Shown here: piece by piece, positions 1 through 13,467 of the stretch
Position numbering within the stretch: position 1 is the stretch's first letter
How the letters are laid out: each line of letters starts with the position of its first letter
NCBI RefSeq assembly: GCF_004010195.1
Contig: NC_057750.1
Span: 18,700,542 to 18,764,541 of the forward strand
DNA length: 64,000 nucleotides
Direction of reading: 5' to 3'
Source: Chiloscyllium plagiosum
Lineage: Eukaryota
Position numbers and translations under genes: made by a program
The notes under the pieces: model-generated
The model's database searches: none
What the model was told of the DNA's origin: nothing
What the model saw: the letters and a program-made list of their open reading frames with translations, nothing else

Positions 1-2144
1 CGCTGGCATCACGGGGAGGGTAGTAGCGGCCGTGGGTCCCGAGCGGTGGCGGCTGGCTATCAGCTGTGGGCTGAGACCAGCTTGGTTTGAGTGAGCCTGA
101 AATATCAGTCCCCAGGGATCTGCAGCGTCGAGACCAGGAAGCCCGAGCTTTCCTGGAGAGTGGGCCAAAGCGCAGAAAACCGAACCCTTGCCTTCAACAA
201 GGCAATCCACTACCATTTTCTCTGGGGTAATTCGAGTTGGTCAAAAAAACTGACTTGGCAAACGACATCCGCACTCCCTACTTATTTGCTTAAATAGCTC
301 TTCGTACAATAGTCCACTGCACCAATGGGTTACTGCCAATTTTCAAGTTGGACGTTGTGTCCTTCAGGGTTCACATGACTACAAATCGAAATTTGAAGCC
401 TTCTTCAAGTTCAGTCCTTGTAAAGACGTCCATTATCTAACGTCAGGTTACAGTTAAACTTAGTAATTCTCCGACCATCAGCAAATCAGTAATCCGGTAT
501 AACTAGTTTGCAATTACTTAAGAAAAAAGTGATTATTTCAATACCAAGGGCATCCAATATGGATAAAGGAGGTTCACTGGACCCAAAAAGTTAACTTTGC
601 TTTCTCTCTGCAGATGCTGTTCGACCTGTTGAATTTGGTCAGATCTTCAGCTTCCTCAGTTCTTTGCTTTATTTCAATGACCATTCAACCGAGCGAGTCA
701 GCTCCACCGTTCACTGAGGTAATAGCCATTTTGAAAATCCTCAACTCCACTTTCTTGCCTTTGCTTCATAACTCTTGATTCCCTTACTGATTAAAAATAT
801 GTCTTGCTCAGCCTTGGACATACTAAATGATTCAGCCTCTACCATGATCAGTAGCAAATATTTCCACAGATTGATTACCTCCAGTGAGGACTCCTCTGAT
901 GCAGTGATAATTTCCTTATAACTCAAGAGAAGTTGTAAGATTTGGATTCAAGTCCTACCTGTTGTTGAAGCATGTCATGGCATTTTGATTAAAGATATAC
1001 ATGGGAACCCTCCGTGACGGTGAAAATCTCTTCATCTCTGTCTTAAGAGGGTGACCCCATCCTCTGAAATCTTGCCTCTGGTCCTCAACATTCCTACAAG
1101 AGAGGAATTTTAAGTATTTCAGTCAATTTGCCCCTCATTCTGATAAATTCCAATGAGTACAAGCCCAACCTGCTAACTTCTTTTAAGGTTGTCCCTCCTA
1201 TATGGCCAGCCGAGTACGCCTTCTCTGGGGTGCTTCTATTGCCTTAGATAAGGAAAATGAAGCATCAACATCAATTGCCAGGTACTAGATTGTTTTCCTG
1301 ATTGAATGATACTAGTGCACAACAGAGAATCATTCAACTTGTTCTTATTTAGTGCCAAAAATACTTAGATTAATGAATTAGGATAATCAGCATCTTGATG
1401 CACGAACTCAGAGTGGGGAGGTAGAATTTAAAATTAAACAAAGAGTTTGAGTTATGATCATCTTTGCCAGAAAGGGATTTTTTTTTTATCCATGGACATG
1501 TGTTGCATTACAGGAAGGACGGCTAGCAAGTGTACACCAGCCACTCACGAATGACAATTATGAAAAACCAATTGCTGGACTTCTCCGTTTATGGTAAACA
1601 TTGATCTGGACATTCACGAGATACCATTGTTCTTCTTTTCTGTAATACATCTAAAAAGTTCTATGTCCAATTGAGATTGAAGGCAAAGCCTCAGTTTAAC
1701 AATTTAGTCTGTGCAGCATTTCTCCAGTGCTGTCTACCAAAAATGTGTGAAGAAACTGCTCATATGACAAATAATTGGACAGAGTGAGCCAAAGAAAGAA
1801 ACCAAAATAGATATAGGGTAACAAAATTTAAAAGAAATGGTCAGACTGGAGAAGAAACATTTACAGAAAGAAAAATGAAGTGGTAGAAATATTTCTGTAC
1901 AAATTATGACATCTGAACAGACAGATTGAGAGTATACACCTTAAGCAGTTCAGAATAAGGCAGGAAAAATGTGGTTTTTATCACAAAAAGGATATAGGAA
2001 GCAATGGCATTCAGAATTATCGATACTTCCCCGTTCAGCTGTACTGACACCAATAATTCAACTGAGAACTGTAAACTAGGTATCTCTAGTGAAAGATTCA
2101 TATAAGTACTGTTTAATGTTTTTATTTTTGTTGTAGTCTAACTC

Positions 2145-4110
2145 AAATAGAACTGTACAGCACAGAACAAGCCCTTCAGCCCACAATGTTGTGCTGAACA
2201 TGGTGCCAAATCAAAATAATCCCTTCTGCCTGCCCATGATCTATATCCTTCCATTCCTTATTTATTCATGGCCCTTAAAAGCTGCTTAAGTGCCCCATTG
2301 TTCCTGCATCCATCACTACATCTGGCAGTCATGATTCGGAGATGCTGGTGTTGGACTGGGGTGTACAAAGTTAAAAATCACACAACACCAGGTTATAGTC
2401 CAACAGGTTTAACCTGTTGGACTATAACCTGGTGTTGTGTGATTTTTAACTTTGTACATCTGGCAGCCCATTCTGAGCACCCACCACTCTCCATATAAAA
2501 AACTTGTCCCTCACATCTCCTTTGAATTCCTATAAATAAGCATGCTGTACACCTTCTTTGCCACCATATCTACTTGTGTGGCCACTTGCAGGGAGCTATA
2601 GACTGGGACCTCAAAATTCCTCTGTACATCAATGCTCTTTGGGATCCTGCCATTAACTGTATCCTGTCCCTTAAAATGTGGTTTCCGAAAGTGCAACATA
2701 CCACACTTGCCTGGATTAAAATTTATCTGCCATTTCTACCTTCACATCTGCAACTGATCTATATCTGCAGTATCCTTTGACAACCTTTGACCCTATCCAG
2801 AACTCCCAACATCTTGATGTCATCTGCAAACTTACTAACCCACCCATCTACATTTTCATCCAAGTCATTTATATAAATCACAAACAGCAGAGGTCCTAGC
2901 ATGGATCCCTGTGGAACACCAATACTCAAGGATGTCCAGGCAGAAAAACACAATTCCACCACAATCCTCTGTTTTCTATGGCTAACCTAATTCTGAATCC
3001 AAATAGCCAAGTTACCATGGATCCCACGCAACTTAAATCTTCTAAGTGAGCCTTCCATGAGAGATCTTGGGAAAGTCATGTAAAAAACCATGTAAACAAC
3101 ATCCACTGTTGTACCCCCAGCCCGTCTTCAAAAACGTCAATCAAGTTAGTAAGACAAGACCTGCCCCACAAAAAGTAGTGCTAACAGTCTCTCGTTAGAT
3201 TATACTTTTCCAAATGTACGTAGATCCTATACCTAAGAGTTCTCTCCAATAGTTTCGCAAATGCTGATGTGAGACTCAACAGTTTCTATTTCCCTGGATT
3301 ATCCCTATTTTCTTTCTTGCTAGTCGTCTGGAACCTCTCCAGTGGATAGAGAGGATATGAATATCTTGGGCAACCCAGAAATCTCCTGTCTTGCATCTCT
3401 CAATAACCTGGTCTACATCCCATCAGGTCCTGGGGACTCATCCATTTTAATGCTCTATAAGACACCTAACACCACTCCTTTCTTGACCTTAACATGCATT
3501 TGTATATTAGCATGCCCTAAACTAATCTCGCTATCCTCTTTGCCTTTCTCCTTGGTGAATGCTGTTGCAACGCACTCATTTAGAATCTCGCCCATATCCT
3601 CTACCTCCAAGCACAAATTTCTTCCTTTATCCTTGCGTGGTCCTACCCTTTCCCTAATTATTCTCTTGCTTTTAATGTGTAAAATGTCTTGAAATTCTTT
3701 TTAACCTGACTCTCCAAGGACATTTTATGGCTCCTCCTTGTTCTGCTAAATTTCTGCTTTTTTTTTGTACTTTCTTTGCATTGTTCATTGACCTGGTTCA
3801 GTTTTATCCAAACCAGGTCAATTACTTTTTGACTAAATTCACAATCTCGCTAATCATTCAAGTGTCCTACACTTTGCTATCCCTGTTCTTCTTTCTTACT
3901 GGAATATACTGGTCCTGAACTCTGATCAATAGGCATTTAAACAGCTCCCACATATCAAACATGAACTTGCTCAATAACAGCTGGTTCCAATTAACACTGT
4001 CTTGCTCCTGCCTAATACTGACATATTTTGCCCTCCCCACTTTACTAACTTCCTCTCAGATCCTGACTTATCCTTATTCATCTCTATTTTTAACTTAAGG
4101 AGTTGTGATC
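2145..4110 (-). mobile_element. CR1-type LINE fragment (RT and 3' end)
   Basis: ORF 2759-2962 GVPQGSMLGPLLFVIYINDLDENVDGWVSKFADD. Boundaries are approximate. Confidence 0.85.
2329..2458. mobile_element. Short fold-back element with a perfect 48-bp inverted repeat and 12-bp direct repeats
   Basis: Arms at 2362-2409 and 2411-2458; TACATCTGGCAG at 2317-2328 and 2455-2466. Confidence 0.85.
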
Positions 4111-7100
4111 AGTTTAAATGTCTGAACATTCAATTGAAATTGCTGTCCTCTTCATCTGAATGATAATTAGTCGAGTGGAAAGAACAAAATTATTACAGTT
4201 CTTGCCTCTCAGAATGAGACTTGTCAATTTTGGATGCGAAAATGAAATTTAGAATCAGGAATACCATCGAATCTGCTCCATCAGCCTATGAGATCATGGA
4301 AAAGAAGATGCATCGTTCGAAATGTTTACAAGTTACTGATTACCTGAACTGAAATATTAACCGTGTTTCTCTCCACAAGTATTGACTGGTATGTTGAGTA
4401 TTTATATCTTTCGTTGTGTTTAATTCATATTTCCAGCATTTACACTATTTGCTTTTGCAAATGCAGGTAATATTCACATGATTGCAGTGACAATCTAAGA
4501 GATGATCTAAATACCAGCAATACCCACATCCCACTAAATGTTTAAAAAATTGCTGACCATTTCCTAGCATGGCTAACTAGGATTGGAGGGCACTACGGAG
4601 CACTGAAATTCAGGACTATTGGCAAATGCACTAATTTCAGTTTGAGGAATTTGTTTAAATGATGAATTAGGTAATTTAAAAGCGAATGGTCTGAAAGTGA
4701 GAAGGAAACAGATTCAATACTAATTATCAAATGAGCATTGGTTAACCATTTCAAAAAGAATCTGAACACGAGGATATTGGGATTAAGCAGATGACTGTAG
4801 TAATTGAAATCGGGGAAATGAAAAGTAGCTGTCACTAATCTATATTAATATAAACAATACATCTAGAATTTCCCCAAATTTCAGAGAAAATGCAACATTT
4901 GCTACCACATGTGTTGAGTTAAATAGTATAGATGTAGCTTAGAGAAAAGCTGGATAAATGCATTAGAGAGAAATAATAGAAGTATGTGCTGATAGACTTA
5001 GACAAAGAAGATGGGAGCATGATGACATTGAAGTAATTGAATTTTCCATCGAAAAAAATGACAGATTCCATGGTCTGAAAGACTTTGTTTGCTTTCTATA
5101 TTTTCTTGTTTTGGGAAAGACAGTTCCGTCTTGCATCTGCCAAATGAACTGTAAAAGGTTATGTTCTCCACTTGGCTTTGATACTTATTCAAAAGGCACA
5201 AAAAAATACACCTGGTAGATAAGTGGTTTAACGGTTATCAGCAAATGCTCAAAACCACTGTTAGAGCAGATGGTTCAGTAAGAAAATGGGTCAGGAAAGT
5301 GGATTGTCTTTGCAATGGATAAATCATTCATGTCATTACTAAGGTTTAAGGATTACAAATTTCATATTTCTGTTGAACAGTTTCCCTTGCAGCAGAAAAG
5401 ATAGGATGGATTTGAAATATTGGTGAATTCCCTTAAGCATTTTGATAGAGTAAACGTGAAGAATTTGTGTTCAGATATTTGCTTCATAGAAAAAAAGAAC
5501 GAAAAAATGAGCAGGAGTAGGCTATTCAACCCATTGAGATTGCTACTTAATTAATTATGATCAAGGTGATCATCCAACAAAGTAAGTTCTCATTTTCTCC
5601 CTACACCCTTTGATCACTTTAGCACTAAAAACTATATCTAACTTCTTGAAAGCACTCAATATTTTGCCCTCAACTGCTTTCTGTTACAGAGAATGCCATT
5701 GGTTCACCACTCTTTAGGTGAAGGAATTTCTCCTCATCTCAGTCCTAAATGGCCTACCCCATATCCTTCAAACCTGACCAATGGTTCTGGACTCCTGGGT
5801 CGTTGAGGACATCCTTTTTGCTTTCATCCTATCTAGTCTTGTTAGAATTTCATAGATTTCTGTGAGGGTTCTATTTAAATAAATAGGACATCAAATTCCA
5901 GGGAAGCATGACCTATGTGAGTGTGAGATATATCGATCACTAATTAAGATTATTGCGGCTGTTGAATAACAATTATCTTCGGTCCAGGACATAATTTCAG
6001 TGTTCTGCAGGATAATGTCCAAAGTCAGCCCAGCTCTAGTTGGTTTATTCAAGACTTTTCTTACATTTCAATTCAGAAGTCGTGTTCTTTACTGATTTCA
6101 CAATGTTCACCTGTTCACCATCCTTTCAAATTGTTCAGACACTGATGTTATCCATACCCATATGTAACAAGGCCTGGACAACTAGAGTCCCTGTAGGTGA
6201 ACCAAAAATGTCCACACATTGCACCTTTTCCATTGGGTAAAAGGCTGCTGATGAAGATAATCAACCCCTGCAGCGCATGTATGGCATGCTGACCAATCAG
6301 AATGGACCTATCTGATTTGAATTTAAACAGTTATCATCCCAAAACAAGAAATAGTATCTTCTGTATTCCCCACGTCAAACATAGAACATAGAACAATACA
6401 GCGCAGAACAGGCCCTTCGGCCCTCAATGTCGCGCCGATCTGTAAACTATTCTCAGCCCTTCCCCCTACACTATCCCATAATCATCCATGTACTTATCCA
6501 AGGAATGTTTAAATTTCCCTAATATGGTTGAGTTAACTACATTGGCAGGTAGGGCATTCCACGCCCTTAACACTCTGAGTAAAGAAGACATAAGTCAACC
6601 AATCAGCACTCTTTTCTCATGCTGTCAGAATTGCTTTGCTTCCTTCCTAAAGCTGTTTCTTTTTCATATTGTCTTTGATCCTTGATTAATTGCAAGACGG
6701 AAACAATTTAATCATATTCTGTCCCAATCCTTCAGTCAATTGGCGCTGATTAAAAACACAGCGAGCATGGTGACAGCATCTGTCATGTCAACCGGAGTCA
6801 AGTTTTATATAATTGGTCGCTGTCAGTTTGTGGTTAGAATCGACACTGTGCGTCCATGTATTGTTGACAGTCGCTGGCGGGATGATAGACTTCATGTTCG
6901 ATTCCGTGCTTTCACCTGCATGTGGCGCAAAATTAAAATGAATGACTTAGAGCATGTTCAATACAGATGTATTTTTCGGATTCCAGTGGTATACAACTTA
7001 AATTAAATGCCAAGACCGGGATGTTGCTGAAATTCTGCGCTATGAAGGTTCGCCTAAGAGGAAATTGAACATAGGAGTCTAAAATAATTAAATGAACTCG

Positions 7101-7316
7101 CAAGATGAAAGACGATTATGTGGGTCCAATGCCAGGAATTCGGTCATCAGAAGACAACGATTTGTATTCATAGGACATCCGTAGAATCAGTGGAAGAGAA
7201 ATGAAGCTGTGAATGATGTTCTTCTGTAGATTTTGTGATTTCATGATCTGTATACTGAAACGCCATCTGCTGCTGCCGCAGTTTGACGAAAGTAGACAAT
7301 CATGAGCGCATTTGTA

Positions 7317-7355
7317 GGTTTTTGCAGCTACTGACCACCTTTATGAAGCGCTGTG
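7317..7355 (-). other. 23-RSS of V#1
   Basis: Heptamer CACAGCG, 23-bp spacer, nonamer GCAAAAACC on the minus strand. Confidence 0.93.
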
Positions 7356-7647
7356 TTACTACAAGCACAGAAGTATACAGCCGTGTGAGACGGAGAGGCA
7401 TCATTCAGTGTCAAAGTAAACAGCGTATTGCTGGTTCTCTCTGCCTTAAACGAGTCAGACGTAAAATTTGTAACAAACCCTTCTCCAGCAGAATTGAATA
7501 GAGCTTTCAATGCCCGGCCTGGCTGTTGTTTGTACCAGAACATGTTGGTATAGTCAGTATCCTTCAGCGTACACCTCAATGTTGTCGACTGTCCTGTTGC
7601 AATTGATACAATAGAAGGCGACTGCTCCACAAAAGAGGTGAGTGTTC
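7356..7647 (-). CDS. TRBV: TCR beta V segment #1, V exon (apparently functional, inverted relative to D-J)
   Basis: Open Ig V-domain frame GTLTSFVEQSPSIV...LRCTL...MFWYKQ...TAVYFCACS. Splice acceptor cag precedes 7647, and the exon is directly followed by a 23-RSS. Confidence 0.93.
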
Positions 7648-8174
7648 CTGTCGAATGGAACAGTAATTAGTTTACGTTTACGATTAAAACAGGGACTGAA
7701 TTTCACGTTTTGTAAAGAAAAAAAGTTTCTGTAGTTAAGCGAACCCAAAGCACTTTACAATGAAACATTTTAAAATCATGGTCTAAGCTCAAATTTAAGG
7801 AACGCCACGACCAATTTGCGCGCAACATGGGCCAAAACACAACAGTGCGATAATAACAAACTTTTGAAGGGGTTGCTACATGGTAAAGATTTGTAAGACC
7901 TCTCTTTTGATGTTAGACAATGGTTATGGACCTATTTAAATTATCTGAAAAACCGATTCGATTTAATATTGAACCCGGAATATGCACCCTTAGGACTGTT
8001 TCTAAAGTTGTGGAACGGTCCTTCAGGCGTAACAGTCCAGAATCAATAATGAATTTGAAAAAAAAGTCGAGATTCGAACAGAATGATTTTCTGCTGGGAA
8101 GCAGAACTGTTATCAACTGAACTAAAGTTGGCATTATCGTTCTTTCTTCTGCAAAATATATCGATGCAACCTAC

Positions 8175-8223
8175 CTGCAAACATCGTAGCCGTCCAAATA
8201 AGATAATGAACTTCATGCAACAT
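8175..8223 (-). CDS. TRBV: Leader exon of V#1 (MLHEVHYLIWTATMFA-G)
   Basis: ATG at 8223; 49 nt ending in phase 1 before a gtagg donor, which matches the phase of the V exon. An ETS/CRE motif lies about 125 bp upstream. Confidence 0.8.
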
Positions 8224-8989
8224 GGTTTATTTGCTGCACACTAGCCCGATCTGTGAACGGAAAGCAGTTTAATCCGATAACTGATGGCGTTTTTCTCTGT
8301 TGTGTCTAATTGAATACAAAGCATCCAGGTGTTATCATTATGCAAGCGTCACTTCCGGCGGAGCACACCCTCCACCTTATGATTGCAGTAGAATAACATC
8401 TGTGGGAAATGATAGAGCACATTGGGTTAGTGAGAAGTTGAATAACACCTTTCAAATTTTAGAGTTTATGATTGTGTAGATAAGGAGTGCTAATTCTTCC
8501 AGCGGGTAGTCAGTGAAACAAGACCATTATTTAAAAACAAACCCAGAAACTCAGACGTAAACGCCGTGGCTTTTTATGCAGCGAAGTGCTATCTGAAATA
8601 ATTGTTTGGTCATATAAATACAGGTATCCCAGTGCAACCTCGGACTGCGTGCCTCTTTCAACAGACTGCCAGACGGTGAATGGGCAAGATGGTATGAGAT
8701 GTTCCTTGATTGTTTCTAACTTATTGCATCCTGTAGGATTGGTTCTTATTCTTCCAAATAGGAAGCAATTTTTTTGCTGCATATCTGGTAAATGGAAAAA
8801 AAAATCTACCTAAACTTTAAAATGATACAGGAACTGCTGGTATATTATCAATATATCCACTTTTAAAAATAAATAAATTATGTTATGAAATAATTAAGTA
8901 GTTAAACAAAACACATGAACAATGACAAGATAGGTGATTTGACATGGCTGAAGTATATGGAGGCTCTTGAATTAATATGTTTTTAAAAT

Positions 8990-10372
8990 TCATTTGTGGG
9001 ATATGGGCGTCACTGGCTAGCATTTATTGCCTGTCCCTAGTTGCACGTGAGAAGGTTGTGGTAAGCTGCATCCTTGAGCCACTGCTGTCCACCTACTGTG
9101 GATTGACCCACACTGCCATTAGGGATGGAATTCCAGGATTTTGACCCAGAAATAGCGAAGTAACGGTGATATACTTCCAAGTCAAGATGGTGAGTGGCTT
9201 GGACGGGAACTTGAAGGAGGTGGTGTTCCCATGTATCTGCTACCCTTGTCCTTCTAGATGGAAGTGGTCGTGGTTTTTGAAGGTGCTGAGCGAGGAGTTT
9301 TGGTGAATTTCTGCAGGGCATCTTGTAAATATTACACGCTGCTGCAACCAAGCATCTGTGGTAGAGGAACTGATGCTTTTGCACGTAGTACCAAACAAGC
9401 GTGCTGCTCTGTCCTGGATAGTGTCAAGTTTCTTGAGTGATGACGGAGCTGCACTCAGTCAAGCAAATGGAGGATATTCCGTCACAGTCCTGACTTGTAG
9501 ATGGTGGACAGGCTTGGAGTCATCAGGAGCTGCGTTACTTGCCACAGCATTCCGAACTTCAGACCTGCTTTTGTAGCCACTGTGTTTATGTGGTGAGTCT
9601 CGTTGAGTTTCTTGTCAACAATAACCCCAAAGATGTTGATAGTGGGAAATTCAGTGATTGTAACACCATTGAACGCGAAGGGACGGTGGTCAGATTGTCT
9701 CTTATTGGTGATGGTTATAACCTTGTATTTGAATGGTGCAAATGTTGCTTGTGACCCGTCAGCTGAAATCTGGCTATTGTCCAGATCTTGTTGCATTTGA
9801 ACATACTTGAGTATCTGAGGAGTTGTGAATGGTGCTGAATATTGTGCGTTCATTCGCGGACATCCCTACTTCTGGTCTTATGATGGTGGGAAGTGCATTG
9901 ATGAAACAGCTCAATATGGTTGGACTGTGCCCTAACTAACTCCGTTAGAGATGAGCTGGAGCTGAGTTGACTGACCTCCAACAACCACCACCATCTGCCT
10001 ATGTGTCAGGTATTATTCCAACCATGAGAGAATTTGCCCCATGGTACCAATTGATTCCAGTTTTGCTAGAACTCCTTGATGCCACACTTGGTCAAATAAA
10101 GTCTTGATATCAAGAACTGTCCCTCTCACCTCACCTCTGGAATTCAGCTCTTTTGTCCCGGTTTAGACCAAAGCTGCAATGAAGTCAGGAGCTGAGTAAC
10201 ACAGGCATAACTCAAACTGGGAGCCACTGAGCAGGTTATTGCTGAGCATGTGCTGCTTGATAACACTTTGATGATAACTTCCATCACTTTACTGATAATC
10301 AAGAATAGACTGATGGAGTCGGAATTGGCTGGGTTGAACTTTTCCTGCTTCTTACATACAGGAAATTCAATT
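8990..10372 (-). mobile_element. Decayed CR1-clade LINE 3' portion
   Basis: RT and C-terminal-like peptides (QMQQDLDN...INIFGV; ISKVME) with stops. Confidence 0.7.
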
Positions 10373-10647
10373 TCCACATTGAATGTAATGTAACATAGAG
10401 CAAATATATCTATACTAAGTGTTTGTGAATTGAGAACATTGGACTTAGAATAACTAAACTGGAGGCAGAGCTGCACAAGATGCAACACATCAGGATGGGT
10501 AAAAGTTACTTGGATATTTTGTAATAGGAGACAGTCACACCAGCTGGGTATTCTGTTTTCCTAAGTCAAAAATCACATGACTCCAGGTTACAGTCCAACA
10601 GATTTATTTGAAAACACATGCTTTTATAGTCCCACTCCTTCTTCCGA

Positions 10648-10912
10648 TTAGATTACCGACAGTATGGAAACAGACCCTGCGGCCCAACAACCTTCTAAAG
10701 AGTAACCCACCCAGACCCATTCCCCTAACCTATGGGCCCGACTATGGGCAATTTAGCATGGCCAATTCACCTAACCTGCACATCTTTTGATTGTGGGAGG
10801 AAACCTATACAGATGCAGGGAGAATGTGCAAACTCAGCACAGACAGTCGCTCTAGGTGAGAATTGAACCAGGGTCCCTGGTGCTATGAGGCAGTAATGCA
10901 AACCACCGAGCA
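10648..10912 (-). mobile_element. HE1-like V-SINE nested in a fold-back element (arms about 10568-10645 and 10920-10985)
   Basis: Homologous to the 35563-35884 and 37020-37312 SINE copies. The flanking arms resemble the 2362-2458 hairpin family. Confidence 0.75.
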
Positions 10913-11470
10913 CCAATGTTAAACTGTTGGACTATGACCTTGGTGTCATGTGATTTTTTTTTGTTTTAACCTTGTCCAACCCGGTCGAATACTAGCATTT
11001 TCACATCATGATTTCCTGAGAAGTCACGAATGGAGGATGGTGACTACGTCTGCAGCAAATAAGGTGAGTCAGAGAAAAAGAGTGCAGGAATTTCAGCCTT
11101 TCTTATTGTCGAACAGGTTTACTTGGAGAAGAATGCAAACTTTAAGTTGGACGATAGATTGATACAGTTAACCGTGCATTGTTTGTGGGGAAGCAATGAA
11201 TGCAGTGGTAATTCAGGGCAGTATTGTGATAGGCAATTGATATTGTCTTCTGCAGAACCAGTGGGATTTCAGAAGGCTTGTTGTTTTCCAATAATTTGGC
11301 ATATTCATTCAAAGATGCTAAAGAAAACAAAGCTTGAGAGAGAGAAACCAATTGCCTAGTTCCATGTAAACACGACATGCAAAGGCAGCACAATTATAGA
11401 GTTTCTGCGTATTTGTAGTGAAAATCTAGGTACCAAATTAAGAAGCAAAACCTCAAAAATAACAACTTCT

Positions 11471-13467
11471 AGGGTGTAGGTTTGCTCGCTGAGCTGTTGG
11501 TTTGATATCCAGACGTTCCGTTACCTGGCTAGGTGGTGACCTCCAAGTGAAGAGAAGCTGTTGTCTCTTGCTTTCTATTTATATCTTTCTCCTGGATGGG
11601 GTTCTTGGGGTTTGTGGTGATGTCATTTCCTGTTCGTTTTCTGAGAGGTTGATAGATGGCATCTAGATCTATGTGTTTGTTTATGGCGTTGTGGTTGGAG
11701 TGCCAAGCCTGTAGGAATTCTCTGGCAAGCCTTAACCATGCTGACTATCCTTGATCACATTATTCCTATCCAGATGTGCATAGATCCTATCCAGATGTGC
11801 ATATCTTTCTCCTGGATGGGGTTCTTGGGGTTTGTGGTGATGTCATTTCCTGTTCGTTTTCTGAGAGGTTGATAGATGGCATCTAGATCTATGTGTTTGT
11901 TTATGGCGTTGTGGTTGGAGTGCCAAGCCTGTAGGAATTCTCTGGCAAGCCTTTGCACCTACTCTGAGCCAAAAGATGAAAGAAAACAAACTGAACACAC
12001 AAGAAAAGAAAGCCCTAGAAAACCTCAAAAAAGACAAAAACATCGTTATATTACGTGCAGACAAAGGTTGGCTCACTGTCATCCTGGACAGAAGGGGCTA
12101 CATCGAGAAAGCCAACGCACTACTTGCAGACACCAACACCTAACAACAGGTTGCGCTAGACTCGACCCCCCACAACTAGGAAACAAAATTACATATCTCC
12201 TAAGAAAATTACACAATTAAATAAGACAGAATTCCAGAAAATGAAACCCGACTGGACCAACACCCCACGATTCTACAGACTACCAAAAATCCATAAACTA
12301 GGAGCCCCCCTCAGACCCAAAGTCTCGCTACCCGGAACACCAACTTACAGACTGGCCTAAGAACCACACGCAAGACTGAAATACCTAGTAGAAGAGTCAC
12401 AGAACTACAACCACTCCACCCAGGAATTCCTAAAAATCATCAAAAACACCAAAATAGAGAAAGACAAAGCAATGATCTCATTCGACGTAACACTGTTCAC
12501 CTCCATCAACATCGACCTGGCAAAGGAAACACTTACCACACTTTTAGAAGAGACCATCACACACACACCAACCACCATCAATCACATTACCAACGAAAAC
12601 ATCATGAAGCTAGTGGATCTGTGCCTCACCACCCACGTTACCTTTAACAACATAGTCTACAAACAAACCAATGGCATTCCCATGGGATCTCCACTATCAG
12701 ATGACACCTTTGTCATCACAAAACAAAACAAGATAGAAGAGACATTTAAAAGCATCAACAACACCCTAACAGGCATAAAGCTCACCAAGGAGGAAGAAAC
12801 CGACAACAAACTCGCATTCCTGGATGTCACAGTCGAAAGAAAGGACAACGGAGAACTACAAACCTGCGTGTACAGAAAACATCCCAACACACACAAACAA
12901 AGCTGTATCAGAACACTATTCCAACGAGCCACCACACGCTGCAGCACAGACGAATTTCGGAAAACAGAGGAGAACCACCTATACAACATATTCAAGAAGA
13001 ACGGATCCTCAAAAAATACAGTCCGCAGATTCCTCAGGAACCACCAGCTAGCCACAAAAAGACACGACCCTCTCTCCCTCTTAGCCCTACGCACAGATGA
13101 AAAAAGCCACCATTTCGACTGGGACAACGAATCTATCCTGGTACAGGTGAAGCAAAGGCATGCCAGAGAATTCCTAGAGGCCTGGCACTCCAACCACGAC
13201 GCCATAAACAAACACATAGGTCTAGATGCCATCTATCAACCCCTTGGAAAACGAACAGGAGATGACATCACCACAAACCCCAAGAACCCCATCCAGGAGA
13301 AAGATATAAAGAGAAAGCAAGAGACAACAGCTTCACTTCACTTGGAGGTCGCCACTGATGATGTTACCTAGTCAGGTAACGGGACGTCTGGATATCAAAC
13401 CAACAGCTCAGCGAGCAAACCTACACCCTAAATCTCAACCTGTGCTACAAACTTTCACAAAACTTGC
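11471..13467 (+). mobile_element. Penelope-like element (RT remnant) with an inverted 5' copy of its 3' end and a 12-bp TSD
   Basis: ORF 12472-13371 carries PLE-type RT motifs (SFDV..LFTSI, YKQTNGIPMGSPLS, DDTFVI, LAFLDV, VYRK). 11471-11950 is the reverse complement of the 3' end. TSD ATAACAACTTCT at 11459-11470 and 13468-13479. Confidence 0.9.

Noticed and set aside
6823-6850. Isolated 12-RSS-like motif (TCAGTTTGT, 12 bp, CACTGTG)
   Set aside because: The nonamer is weak and no J, D or V coding sequence is adjacent, so it is most likely a cryptic chance match.
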